DNA from: the human T2T-CHM13v2.0 reference genome, Homo sapiens
Length of the DNA: 64,000 nt
Assembly: GCF_009914755.1 (NCBI RefSeq)
Contig: NC_060930.1
Reading direction: 5' to 3' (one strand)
Position numbers and translations under genes: made by a program. Shown piece by piece: positions 50,390-64,000 of this stretch. A model generated the notes under the pieces. That model was not told where the DNA came from. It worked only from the letters and a program-made list of their open reading frames with translations, and did not search any database. The first letter of the stretch is position 1. Each line of letters opens with the position of its first letter.

Positions 50390-52198
50390 CTATGAAGCAA
50401 GCTATCATCCTGGGATCAACCTTCACCATCACTGTAGGGATTCTTTCATCTCTCTCCTGTGTTAAACAGCCTGCACACTGTATCTCACACTTTCTTCTTT
50501 CTTGGTCTCTTCTCTCATTTTGGTGGAGTACATTTACAAACAGTTTCCTGAGATATGGTTTCAAGGAGATAAAATTTTTAAGACGTGGTCTGAACATTAT
50601 CCTTAGTCCACCTTCGTATATGATTGGTTGTTTGGCTGGGTACAGAATCTCAAGTTGGAAATAGATTTCCTTCAGTACTCTAAATGTATTGTTTTACTGC
50701 CTGTGAACCTTCTAGTTTTGCTTTTGAGAAGCCACTATGATACCAGATCAGGTTATTTTCTTCCTTTTGTCTTTTTTTTTAAAAAACCATGTCCTGCTCT
50801 TGGAGCATGTAGATTTTCTCTACATCCCTTATATTCTGAAATTTCATGACAATGATGACGTGACTTGCTGTGGGTCTATTTTCTTCCAGTGGGCTGAGCA
50901 CTCAGAAGGCTCTTGCAATTTTGAAACCCATGTTTTCAATTTTAGCAAATTTTCTTGAATTACTGTTATTAATTTATTCCCCTGGATTTTTTCTAATTTT
51001 TCTTTATGAAACTCTTAGTTTTCAGTATTGGACTTCCTCATCTTGACCTGCATTTTTATATTTTCTCTATTTGCCATATTTTTGTCATCTTGTTCTACTT
51101 TCTGGGAGAGTTCCTCAACTTTATCAGCTATGATGCCTCCTGAGTTTTCCATTTTTCCTTTAACATTTTAAATTTCCAAGTGTACTTCTTATTCTCTAAA
51201 TGCTCCTTTCTTTTTGGTCTAGGGTTGCCATATGTACCTCAATCTCTTTAAAGATAGCAACATTTTTTTTAAAGTTTCCATATCCTTATACAGGTTCCCT
51301 CTATTTGGTGTTTTTGTTTCAGATTAGTTTCCTCACATGTCTGGTTGTCAGGAGGGAAACTAGAAATGCAATAAAGATTCTAAGAATATAGTGAGGCTCA
51401 TAGACTTTTAGCTTCATGTTAGGATTACCTAAATGGGTTCACTGTTAGGAAAACCCTACTTTTAGATTCTTTAGCTCTTCCCTCTCAAGATGATCAGATT
51501 ATCCTAGGAAGATGTTTCTAACCCTTGCATGGAAGACATGGGCCTGACTACCAGAGTTCTAGAAGCTAAGTGGTGAAACAGGATAGAAGAATGTGTTTGT
51601 GGATGGGGGTGCTGGGGAGGGTGGTTATGTGTGTTGGAGGTGTTACTGAGTTACTGAGAGGTAGGGTCTCAACAAATGACCACTGAATCCTCCTATGGTA
51701 TGACCTTTCTCAATTGTGCACGTTGTCTCTCCTGTTTTAGAGACACTCTGTTTTATCCACCTCAGAGAATAAATTTCCAATTTTCCATCAGGATGAGGGA
51801 GAAACGGTCAGAGTTCTAGAAATAGGGGAGAGGATCTAGAGCTCTTGATTGTTTCATAAACATGTAGTTAACCAATCTTCCTCACAGTAGCCCTTCCCTA
51901 CCCACTTCATTCATCACAGTTTCAGAGGTACCTGGTGCCTTTAATTCCTAAGCCTTTGAGAATTCAGTAGCTTAGGATTCAGTGTTTTGGGGGCCTGTTA
52001 AGTCATTTACCACTTGTTCATCTGCTTTACATCTTTCTCTTCCACATCTTTGCCTCCTCTTCCCATTTTCTTTATCCTTGTGGGTTTACACCTAAAAGAA
52101 AATCTCTTTACTGTTATTTTAGTGGAGTTTTGTTCAGAAGGGAGTGAGAATTGATGTGTTCTGAAGGGAGTAAGAATCTGCCATCATAACCTGAAACC
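50390..52198 (-). mobile_element. HAL1 / L1ME-like ORF1-only LINE relic
   Basis: ttttggtggagtacat...tttcctgaga...tttggctgggtacagaatctcaagttggaaat resembles recalled HAL1; 5' end gtttcaggttatgatggc on the - strand. Confidence 0.7.
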
Positions 52199-52749
52199 TT
52201 AACTATTTTTCACAAGAACAAAATGGATTATTCAGGCTCTCTGCTCCACTCTCCCCATCCCTTTGGTTATTCCTGTAAAAATAAAAATTTGAGCAGAGGT
52301 CTTTGCTGGACTTACTGAGTCTGAGATCTTGGCCTTTCCAGGCTGCTATCACTTGGGTACAACCACTGAGACTGTCTGGTACTAGGACAACAATACAGGA
52401 GACGATAACCATTTCTCTTCATTTCCTTTCCCATCTTCAGCCTGAGGGCTACAACTCTTTATTCCTTCTTGTCTTAAAATAAAATTTCACCTTGTTGCTG
52501 CTCCTCCATCCCCCTCCTTATCCCATTCCTTCTACCAGGTCTTCAAATGGCTATCTTAGATTACTTAGCTATTTTATCTTCTGAACTTGTTTTTTCACTA
52601 ATTAAATTCCAAACAAGGATATGTCCAGACATTCCCATAAATTATCACCATTCTGCAGAAAGATTCAAATCATTGAGTAATTTTGTTAGCCGGTCTCTCT
52701 CTTTCTCTCTCTCTCTCTAAAAGAAAGAGGGGGTGTGTTAATTCCTACT

Positions 52750-53402
52750 GAGTAAAAATAAAATAACTCAGCTCATCCTCACACTGAAACAGCTGCACAG
52801 ACAGCACTGGCTGCTCTGTTTATCTTGATAACTGTGGAAAAACACCATCTCCTCCCCTTCCCGCTCTCTCCAGAACAATCACTATATTCCACATGCAGAT
52901 GGGGTGATTTAGATCCTCTCAAGCAGAGACAGGCTTGTCTGGTGTTCTTCCTGCACATCCACACTGCACCCTTCCTTTGCTTCTGTTGGCACAACCCAGT
53001 TGCTTCAGATAACAGCTGCTTCAGGAAGACCTGATAGATTCAGCTGTGGATCCCCTGTAGGCTTCCTGATGCCCCAGCTTAGCCAGCTGCATCTAAGCAG
53101 AGCTACGGGAATAGAGTGCCAAAGTAGGAGAAAGTACATACTGTACATCCTCTTTAATCCATGGAGTTACTGCCGCAGCAGCAAAACGGGAGGGGAAGGA
53201 AAAACAAATAAATACCTCATAGGTATGGGGAGCAGGGTGGCCAAGGATTCTAACTCAGAGGAGTAGTGAGCAAAATGCAGGTGAGTAGGAAGAGAGCTTT
53301 CAACAAGGGTCCATTCCATTTTACTGCTTACTCCAGGGAGGCCAAAGAAATCCTCTGTTTTTTGTTTGTTTGTTTGCTTTCCTGAGTCATTCAATGACTC
53401 AG
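52750..53402. promoter_or_regulatory. Candidate intronic enhancer (motif cluster)
   Basis: Four CAGCTG in 300 bp, GATA sites, a MEF2-like A/T box and a palindromic pair of AP-1 sites; motif evidence only. Confidence 0.35.
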
Positions 53403-53447
53403 ACAGGATTTAAAGACAATAATAAATGATTTCAATGGATTGTGACC

Positions 53448-53748
<301 letters not shown>

Positions 53749-53794
53749 GGATTGTGACCTTTTTGTTAAGCTAAGGAAAGTTAAGTTAAACATG

Positions 53795-53907
53795 CAGGAT
53801 GGCCAACTATCCAGGTTTGCCTGGAACTGTCCTGGTTTTAGCACTAAACATCTCCTATCCTAGGAAACCACTCAGTCTCAGGCAAACCAGGATAGTTGCT
53901 CCTCCTA
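53795..53907 (+). mobile_element. MER81-like hAT MITE
   Basis: Palindromic ~113-bp element ccaactatccaggtttgcctgg...caggcaaaccaggatagttg. Confidence 0.8.
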
Positions 53908-55939
53908 CGCCACCAACAGCCATTTCCCATTCCAGGGTCTATGTGAAACTGGGCAACATTCAAATTCTACACAGCACCTTCCTTTTCTTCCAGGGCCGCT
54001 CCTGCCACACAAACTCTCCTCAACCCTAACACTCTTCAGTCTAACAGACGAGAGCATGAAAAGGCCATTCTGTGCTTGACTCTCAGCAGAAAGGCAACTG
54101 TGTCATTCTGAGTTCTCCCAGCTTGTCTTCTGGAGTCCCTGTCAGAAGCACAAGCCATCTAGCCCAATAGAACTGAATCAAAATGATGATGGCAGAAATG
54201 TCTTACTGCCTAGAGAAACAGTGCATCCCTCAATAACTTTAAAATGCTGAACTCTGAAAAGGAAGCCAAAGAAAACTCAGTTACACAGGGGCTGATAATT
54301 CAGTATGTGCATTACTCAGGCTCTCCCTTCCCTCTGGCCCGTCATTAGGCCATTTCACTGCTCATTAGCAGGGAAAAGGAGGAAGGAAAGGTGGGGGAAA
54401 GTTGAACCAGCCAATTTTTCTATTTATGAGCAGGTTTCCTAGGAAAGGTGTTCAAACTATCGGCTCAAGAGGTTCTTTGGTGGGGATAGAAGGTTAAGCT
54501 TTGGGGGTTGTGGCACGACTTGTTGATTTTCATCACTTGATCTCTCCTAATTCTCAAACAGAATGAACTGTTGGACCTCTGTTTTCATTGAAAGGCTAGC
54601 AAAATTACAAATGTTAGACAAAAAAAAAAAAAGTACTAGTTAAACTATACAAGATCCTATCTTTTTAAAAAGTCATTTGACAAACACTAGAAAGAACTGG
54701 TAATGCTAACAATTTACAAGACAAATATAATTGGATAATTATATACTGTGCTTTAACGTTTTTACAGCTTAAATTAAAGAAGTCCCCCAATCCAGATTAA
54801 GTGTGAAATACTAATTTGGGAAAGATACCAGAAAGAGCAATTTGGTTTTGGTTTATTCACTTAACTTCTCAATTTCCTCATCTGTAAAGGGGAAAATAAC
54901 AGTACCTAACTTTGTGGGATTAAATAATACATGTGTTAAGTGGTAAGCACTTTACCAAGAACATACTAAGTGCTCAATAAATGGTACCTAGCATATAGTA
55001 GGTACTCAAAAATGTTAAATAAATATATCATAATTTATTTAGCATTTTTATTGCACAACTACTATATGCTGAGCACTTTTAGGCACTAGATATGAAAAAA
55101 TATATGAACAAGTCAATCTCTAAAAAAGGTCCCCTCTTTTAATGCAGACAGGAAATTACAATACATATTAGTACATTCTGTTATATAAATTCCACACAAA
55201 TAGCATGATAGCACATAGGAATGGTACATAATCCAGACACAGACAACCAGGAAAGGCTTCCCAGATGTGACTGCTAAGTATTGAAAGATGAGTGGGGGTT
55301 GTGGGGGATGCCAGGAAAAAATGTATGGGGAAGGAAAATGCAGGCAGAAGAGTAACATGTGCAAAATCTAGGAATATGACCCTAGGACCCTAGGAAGACA
55401 GGGGAGCGCAGTAGGACTGGAGTCTACACTCAACTGGGATGGAGAAGTAAAGGCGGAACACAGGGTGTGGCTGTGAGGAGAACAACAGGATGGAACAACA
55501 AGATAACGGCTAGAGGGAGACTGTAGAGTCAAAAGAGGGATTTGTTTTGTTTATTAGTAGGTAAAATTGATTTTAGCAAGTTTAAATGCTGCAAAGGGAA
55601 AGAGCCAAGAGCAAAGAGATGAAGGTTGCTGCTTCCAATCAGTGTAAGGGAGGACCAGGATCTGACCTAATGGCATCCCTTTCCAGTTTTAATGAGGGTC
55701 TCCTTGGGTGCCTCTGTGAATCTGTTCAAGCATTGAGGGGTCTGGATCAGTGTTTCTTGACCCTGGTTGTGTATCAGAATCACCTGGGGGACTTCGGAAA
55801 TATATGGATGCTACCCTTAGAGACTGTCATTTAACTGAAATGGGGCAGAGAGTCTAATATGTAGCTAGGGGGTGGGGACTATATTAGTCTGAATCATAAT
55901 AAATACCCATAGTCAGACATAAATAAAAACACGTATTTC

Positions 55940-56580
<641 letters not shown>

Positions 56581-56679
56581 TCAAAAGCAAAGATTAATTA
56601 CTTTGAGGTTAAAGGTCCTTTGGATTAACAGACTGCTGGTCTACTTTTTCAATGTAGAGGACCCAACACACCTCCACTT

Positions 56680-57116
56680 GCTTTTCTGGCTCTATTACTA
56701 GCTACTTCTATCATATGCTCTATGTTTGAAACATGGGTAATTCCCCAAAAGTACTTCAGGTGTCTTGGCTTACTCACATGGATTCTGTTCCTAGGTATGC
56801 CTTTCTCTCCTTACTCCCATAGTGAACTATAACTTTCGCCCAGCTCAAATGTCACATATTTTATGTAATTTCTCTTGAGTACTGATTCACCCCAAGAAGC
56901 ATTAATTTCTCCCTCATCAGTGCTCATATAACTTCTATTATGGTGTGTCTCACGTTGTATCAAAGTTAAGTGTCTACTTTTCAGCTTCTTCTACTGGACC
57001 TGATCTTTCTGAAAGCAGGGACCATTCCTTGTTCATTTTCCTTTTCAAAGTACCCATACAGTGTCCAGTACAGTACACGGAATGCACTAAAATGTTTACT
57101 AAATGAATGAATCAAT
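56680..57116 (+). mobile_element. L2 3' fragment
   Basis: Ends gaaagcagggacc...tgtttactaaatgaatgaat. Confidence 0.65.
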
Positions 57117-57753
57117 GTGGGTAAACAAATGGTAATCATTGTAAGAACTGAAGAATAATTTTAAAAGATTGCTAAGATTCACCACAGCAAATAATATTTA
57201 TGTGAAATTATTTCTTAGAAGAATATAAATTACTCCCAAAGAACAAATAATTTTCCCAGTGGTATAGAGTATGAAACGTGATGCTTAAGGCTTGGTACAT
57301 ATAAATCTCAATTAGACAGTGTTTCTTTCTTCAAAAATCCTTTTTATAAGGTAGCCATATACTGGTGGGATAACATTACGATGTACAGTGGCAGCAGGAT
57401 TTGATGAGTATAGCAGAAGAAAGGAAAACCACCAGTAAGGTTTCTAAGTGACAACTGTCAGCAGGCTGGAGAACTGCTTGTAAATACAACAGAATTAAAT
57501 AACCATGATATGATGGCAGAGTTGCTCAAACATAATCACCAAAGAGATAAAAATTCCTCTCTAGAAGGATAATATTATTGCAATCTGGCTTTCACTCATG
57601 GGAATCTCAGTAATAGGAGAGAGTGGCCTGGAAATGACAGAACCACATGACAGGAGAAAACGGGAAAAAAAGAAGCTGAAAATAAAAATTATCCCAATTG
57701 TTGCTAAGAGAAGGTGTATATTGCCTGCTTTCATGGAATTCATCAGCATCAAC

Positions 57754-58263
57754 TTTTTATTTTATTTATTTTATTTTATTTTTAGAGACAGCATCTTGCT
57801 CTGTTGCCCAGGCTGGAGTACAGTGGTGTGATCATAGCTCAGCGCCACCTCCAACTCCTGGGCTCAACGATTCCACCTGTTTCAGCCTCCAGCATAGCTG
57901 GGACTACAGGTATGCACCACTGCACTGGCCAACATCAACTTTTTACAACATTTCTCTAGGCTGGGAGTAATGGTTCATGCCTGTAAGCCTTTGGGGAGGC
58001 CAAGGCAGGAGGACTGCTTGAGGCCAGGAGTTCAAGAACAGCCCTGGCAACATAGTGAGACCCCTGTCTCTACAAAAACAAAAACAAACTAACAAAAACC
58101 TAAACAATTAGTTGAGCATGGTGGTGCACACCTGTAGTCTCAGATACTCTGGAGGCTGGGGCAGAAGGATGGCTTGAGCCTAGGAGCTGGAGGCTGCAGT
58201 GAGCTATGATTGATTGCACCACTGCAATATAGCTTGGGTGACAAAGACCCTGTCTCAAGAAAA
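57754..58263. mobile_element. Alu right monomer/FRAM (-, 57754-57930) head-to-head with AluJ (+, 57959-58263)
   Basis: Monomer has TSD a(g/a)catcaactttt. Confidence 0.85.
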
Positions 58264-60137
58264 AGTTACTCTAACTCTGAAGAGCTTGCATGTAATACAC
58301 TCCAATTCTATTGGCAGGATTGTATTTATCATAACTACTTTGGGAAAAATAGAAAGGGAAGAGATAAAAATATTTATGTAATCAGAGAAGTACAAAGAGA
58401 AGAAAATAAAATGGTTTGAGAGGCATATTACTGGGAGTAATGGGAAGAAATTAAGAAAATGGTGAAATTAGGTTACATATCACAATTCTCTCAGCATGAT
58501 TTTTCCTGTGGTATGAAAGCATCTTCTGGAATAATAATGCTAATTTTAAATGCCCTCTTAATAAAATGTTCAGATTGCTACAGCCTATTAGACAGCAATT
58601 TAAACCTTGTGGGCTCCACTTCTCCTGTCTTAGGTCTGCTGCAGTATGGCTGTCACAGAGAATGAGGCCTTGAGAATCCTGGTCACTTGGGGGTTACACT
58701 AGCCAGGTAAAAGATGGAAGGCCCATCATTCAAGTCACTTAAAATTGGACACAACATTAGAGAAAATGCAATGGAGCTGAGTGGGATGAACTAGAGAACC
58801 TAATGTAGCATTAAAAAAAAATCACATTCATTGGTGCCAAGGGACATTTGGAGGACACTGTGTTTAAATTTGGGGATCATTTTATAGGAATGAGCGTCAA
58901 CTGTCCTTGATCTTGCAGCTGACTCTACACACAGGAACTCCCTCGTAAAAATATTAAGAAAAGCGCTGTCATGCTGACAGGGAATAGTTTAAATCCCTAG
59001 CTCCCAAAATGATTTCCATTGCTTCCTCCTTTGGTTCAGTGATGATGATGTCATCATGCATCTGCAGTTTGTTATTTTTATATGAACACAAAAACAGACA
59101 GAAAATACATTAAAGTGATATGTAATTTTCTATGCAAATGCTTTCAGACTAACAAGAGTTGTGTTTTATGATTAAGTGGAAATTGGTTATTTGCTTTAAA
59201 TATTTATGATAAAGTATTTAGAATTAACACTTAAGCAATTCAATCCAGGAGATTTAAAAAACTGCAATACTCCTTGCCTGACCTTGGCAGCTAAGGTGAT
59301 ATAGCCCATGTTACCTTAGCTGTGGAGGGACTTTATATAATAAATCACAACAAATAGTAGTCAAAATGGTTTTCTGCGTAGTTCTGCTACCAAACCCAGG
59401 TAACCTAAAGCAAATCCTTTAATCTTACTTTTTAGTGTGTCTAACAGGATAAAATGGAAAATACTAACATATCATACACTGGAAAAAAACTAAACCAACT
59501 AGATTGACGAACAAGACAAGGCCCTGTAGATCTTGAGAAAGAGAGATCTTCTCTGTTCTGAGACTTCTGGAGATCCTCAAAATCATTCAGCCAGGTATTA
59601 GTTTTGTGTAAATGAATCACATCCTAGGACATGGGAGTCCTATGATAGCAGATGTTCCAAAGTGCTTGGGGGAGACTGTGAGTAATCCAGTCTCCAAAGG
59701 TATTTTTAGGACTAGGCTAAATAGTAACACTTATAACATTGAGGCAATGTTGAATGGTTTGTAATAATATATTATAATATTTATGACAAGTTTTAAAAAA
59801 GTAATTAACATTTATTAAATACTTAGTCTATGCCAGGCACTACGCTAAGCACCTTACCTGTTTTCACTCATTAAATTCTCTTAACTTATGAGGTAGGCAT
59901 TATTACTATCCACATTCTGCAGATGAGTAAAGTGAGGCATAACCAGAGTGTTTAACTAACTCATTCAAGCTCACAAGCTGGGAAGTGATGAGCTATGTTT
60001 TGGGCCTGGCTGAACAGCAAGGCTGTATTTCAGAACATTATAACTGAAGTAAAAATAACCGGAGGAAAAAAATCTGACATTGCTGGTACCATCCATACCA
60101 GCAAGAGTAACAGGCTACTCAAGATACTGAAGGTACA

Positions 60138-60452
60138 GGCTGGATGTGGTGGCTCACACCTGTAATCTCAACACTTTGGGAGGCCAAGGAGGGAGGACTG
60201 CTTGAGTCCAGGAGTTCAAGGACCAGCTTAGGCAACACAGGGAGACAAAATTTTTGTTTCTACCAAAAATTTTAAAAATAAGAAAATTTGCAGGGCGTGG
60301 TGGCACACGCCTATAATCCCAGCTTCTCAGAAGACTGAGGTGGGAGGATTGCTTGAGTCCAGGAGGTTGAGGTTGTGGTGAACCAAGCTCATGACACTCT
60401 ACCTTCAGCCTGGGCAACAGAGCAAGATCCTGACTCAAAAAAAAAAAAAAAA
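60138..60452 (+). mobile_element. AluJ
   Basis: 14-bp TSD atactgaaggtaca. Confidence 0.92.
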
Positions 60453-62475
60453 ACATACTGAAGGTACAATCTCCCAAGGCCAAATGCTACCGATAAGTAA
60501 CATTTCTGCATGGTCCACAATAAATAATTTGAAAATAATTATGGAAAAATAATTTCTGTATTTAAAAACTGGAAGGAGAGACTGCTCACAAAGTAGACAA
60601 CTGCTGGTTCTCAAAAACAAGGTTCAGAAGAAAGAACAGAAAACAGAGATTTTCATTTCCATGTTAACTGGATGCTTCTCACTCAAAAGGATGAAATTAT
60701 ATTGAACTCTGGTTCTCATCTTTGCTTCCTAAAGGTATCTAGTTCTCCAGTGCTTCAGGGTGAGAAATACCAGCTTTACTAACTCAGAATTAAAAGAAGA
60801 GTATGACCTGCTTCATAAGTATATAGGTTTGATTTATCAAAATGTAAAGAACTTACAAGTTAAATATTTTTAAAAATCCACTGAATCTGATTTTCACTTG
60901 TCTAGATAAGAGGGTGACAATTTTAATTTGCAAAATAAGTACCCCCTTCCTTGCTTCCATCATAGCCTAAGTGTCCCCTTAGAATGACATACACAGGCAT
61001 TGCTCTGCCTCTAGCTTCCTTTCAAGGAAAATCTTTTCTTGTCTATAGATTAATTCTGACAGCTATCTGGAGTCACCAAGAAACCACTCCATTTCCCCAG
61101 CACTGCGGGTCCCAGTCAGCTGACACAAGAAGCAGGTTTCGAAAAGGAAAGCTGTCCCCTAAGCATGTCATACAAAGCATGTATATACTGTATACTTTAT
61201 AACAGGGCAGAACCCAAGAGTAAAATGAGGCCTGGCCTTTCCTTAACAAAAAAGAATTGTTGGTTTATGAATTAAGGCCAAAAGACACATATTTAAAACG
61301 AAATATTTTGGAAGCTGCTAAACATTGAAATGCTCCTAAACAGTATCAAGCACACAACTGTGATTGGTCCCATGAAGGAAGTGGAAAAGAATGATGAATG
61401 TAATGGTGATCGATCTTATAGGGACTTTTTGGAAGAATAAGAAAGGGAAGCCTTTCAGCTTTATGGCCATTCACTAGGAATAGAAAGAAGAATGATCTTT
61501 TCTTCACGTGATATATGCTCAGTTTCTTCTAGCATCCCTGTATTGTTGCTATTGCAATTTCGCTGCATCGGTCTTTGGTTAGGTAAGGTAAGCACACAAA
61601 GTGTGCTCTCAATGTCCTGACTATAGAGACCTGATCAAGGCTCCAGTTTTAGTAATAAGACTTCAAGGTGAATACAGATTCAAAGGGCCGAGTTGTTTTT
61701 CTTGAAGTGCACAAAGCAGACACCCTATGAAAACCCTCGCCCAAAAATGTGAACACTTTAGAACAAGAACTAATACAGATAAACGATTTCTGACTTAATG
61801 AACCACAGTGGCCAGAAACCTGCTGATCCTGCTTTCCCCTTCCAAAACTTGCTGCTCTCAGCTCTGGCCCCGAGGGTGGCCTATAATTTACATTAAAATA
61901 AAATATTGGAAAGATTAGTAAAATTTGGTTAATTTGTCCATCTTTTTTCATAAGCAACACATAAAAGAATTAAGATTAGAAATATACATAATACATTACA
62001 CAGTTGAGTGGTAGCCTCTTGCTACTTTATAGTGACTTAGATTTTCTTGAGAAGGAGGACTCAGAGCATGATTTCTGACAGTTACACCATAGCAGCTGCA
62101 TGCCTCTGAAAAGAACTGCTGTTTCAACTTTTAGGGGAAGAGAAGCTTCTCAAGGACTGGACTGAGTCCTCTTTGAACTCTGTGAAATGACTAATATTTA
62201 GATCTGGTGTCATGTTTGCAGTGAGGGCTCAATAATTATTCAGTGGAGGAAATTATTAGCTATAGAAGAAGAGACAGAGAAAAAACCCTGGAGAGTACAA
62301 TCCTTGGAAGTTTCAAGCCCTCTCAGACCACAAATGGTGCTTTCTTTATCAATGGGCAGATAGGGTAACTAAACATATCTATTGTGCAAGACTGATTTTA
62401 AAATGTGCTCCTACCTGTAGATATTTATAAAAGCAATTATGTATATCATCTTGCAAGAGTGTTGCACCAGAAATG

Positions 62476-62511
<36 letters not shown>

Positions 62512-63000
62512 ATCCCTGCCTGAAAAGCTCCATGTTTTCCCCTTATTCTGTGTATCCATAGTAAACTCAATTCACTGTAATAAACTTTTCAGAGAGTATA
62601 TGTGTGTAGTGGTGGTGGTAGTGATGGTGATGCGATAATAGAAAGGAGGAAAGGTGTGCTATAGCAATAGTGCCGTCAGCAATAAAAACTACAGATTCTT
62701 TTTGTTCTTAGCTTTTAGACACTAACAGTAAAACAGAAGAGAACCCAGTGCACCTCTTACTCCACACCAATGTTTTGCACCTCTTTCTTTATTATTACTG
62801 CCTTAAGGAAGCTTTTAAGACATTTTTAATCACTCCCCACTTTGAAATTTTAATACCACAGATATACTGTATATCTGCTTATGTACCACATGTATATCTG
62901 CACTTTATACATAAAAAAGAGGGAGACTTTTTTCCCCCAAAACCAATTTCCATCCCTTTGGGGGAATACATTGCCCCTTTTGATGCATGCGCTATACTAG

Positions 63001-63310
<310 letters not shown>

Positions 63311-63499
63311 TTTACCTTTTTTTGACTCATGTATTCCTTTGAGAATCTGACAGAAGTTATGAACCCCCTTCTTGCCCCCTGTCCAAAATATGTACAAAAT
63401 TTTATACACAATCAGAGCATTCACTGGATCCCCTGGAGCCTACCCATGGCCCTCAGGCTAAGGGTCCCTGCTCTGCATGCTCTCCTTAGGTGACTGCAC

Positions 63500-64000
63500 A
63501 CATTTTCACACCTCTAACTTCAGGGTATTCTTCAATCACAATTCACAGCTCGATCACTAACCTCTGTTTCAGGCTCAGATGTGTAGGCTGAAGACATAGC
63601 CATTTAGATGTCCCATAGACACTTCAATTTCAATTGTCCAATTCTGAATTCATCGTCTTCTACTCAAACCTGCTTCCAGATTCCAGTTTAATTCATGCCG
63701 CCATACCTTCCTAGTTTCTCAGGGAGAATTCTGAGTTATCTTTGATTCCTTTCTCCTCACTTCATAGCCAATCAACAAGTCCTTCCCACTGTCTTAACTT
63801 AATATTTCTCAAATCTGTGCCTCTTTTTCAGCACTCTGCCCTAGTTCAGGGCTTGTCATCTCCCACCTGAAACACTCAAATGATACCTCTGCCTCTACTC
63901 TTGCCATCCTCCATCAAATCCATTCTTCAAACTTCTCCCTAAGGAAGCTTCTGAGAATACAAAATCTGACCATTTCTGCTTAAAATACTTCAATGACCAA
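63500..64000 (+). mobile_element. L2 fragment
   Basis: gatgtcccatagacacttca...ctcaaacctgcttcc...gagttatctttgattcctttctc motifs. Confidence 0.65.

Noticed and set aside
52131-52177. Short diverged tandem duplication (tgttc.gaagggagt.agaat x2), with similar cases at ~47115 and ~29172
   Set aside because: Ordinary slippage duplications with no further structure.
62478-62509. A~32 tract as a retrotransposon tail
   Set aside because: No upstream element and no TSD; treated as a simple mononucleotide repeat.

Overview
Human genomic DNA (a consensus-like, human-specific AluYb8 is present), almost entirely intronic to BTBD9 on the - strand. The only protein-coding sequence I can support is one 110-nt internal BTBD9 exon (39662-39771, -) with canonical splice sites. 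The rest is AT-rich intron packed with transposon relics: an apparently full-length ancient L1MA (~5336-15044) interrupted by seven Alus, about 35 Alu/FLAM elements in total, a MaLR LTR cluster (MSTA/THE1, 28108-31357), MLT1, MER44, MER81, MER103-like, HAL1, L1MC, L2 and MIR fragments, and microsatellites. The other ORF-track entries are Alu/L1-derived or random. I found no evidence of a new multi-gene biological system. The most interesting observations are small-scale: (i) three separate template-switch/templated-insertion scars (a perfect 28-bp fold-back hairpin at 8736-8809, a MIR snippet copied into the L1 5'UTR at 13970-14006, and a patchwork of MSTA-derived 15-mers at 27815-27842); (ii) a pristine AluYb8 next to a double AP-1 palindrome and an E-box/GATA cluster; (iii) a possible in-frame 108-nt cassette exon 567 nt upstream of the real exon. 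Repeat subfamily names come from recalled consensus sequences and repeat boundaries are approximate; no searches were run.
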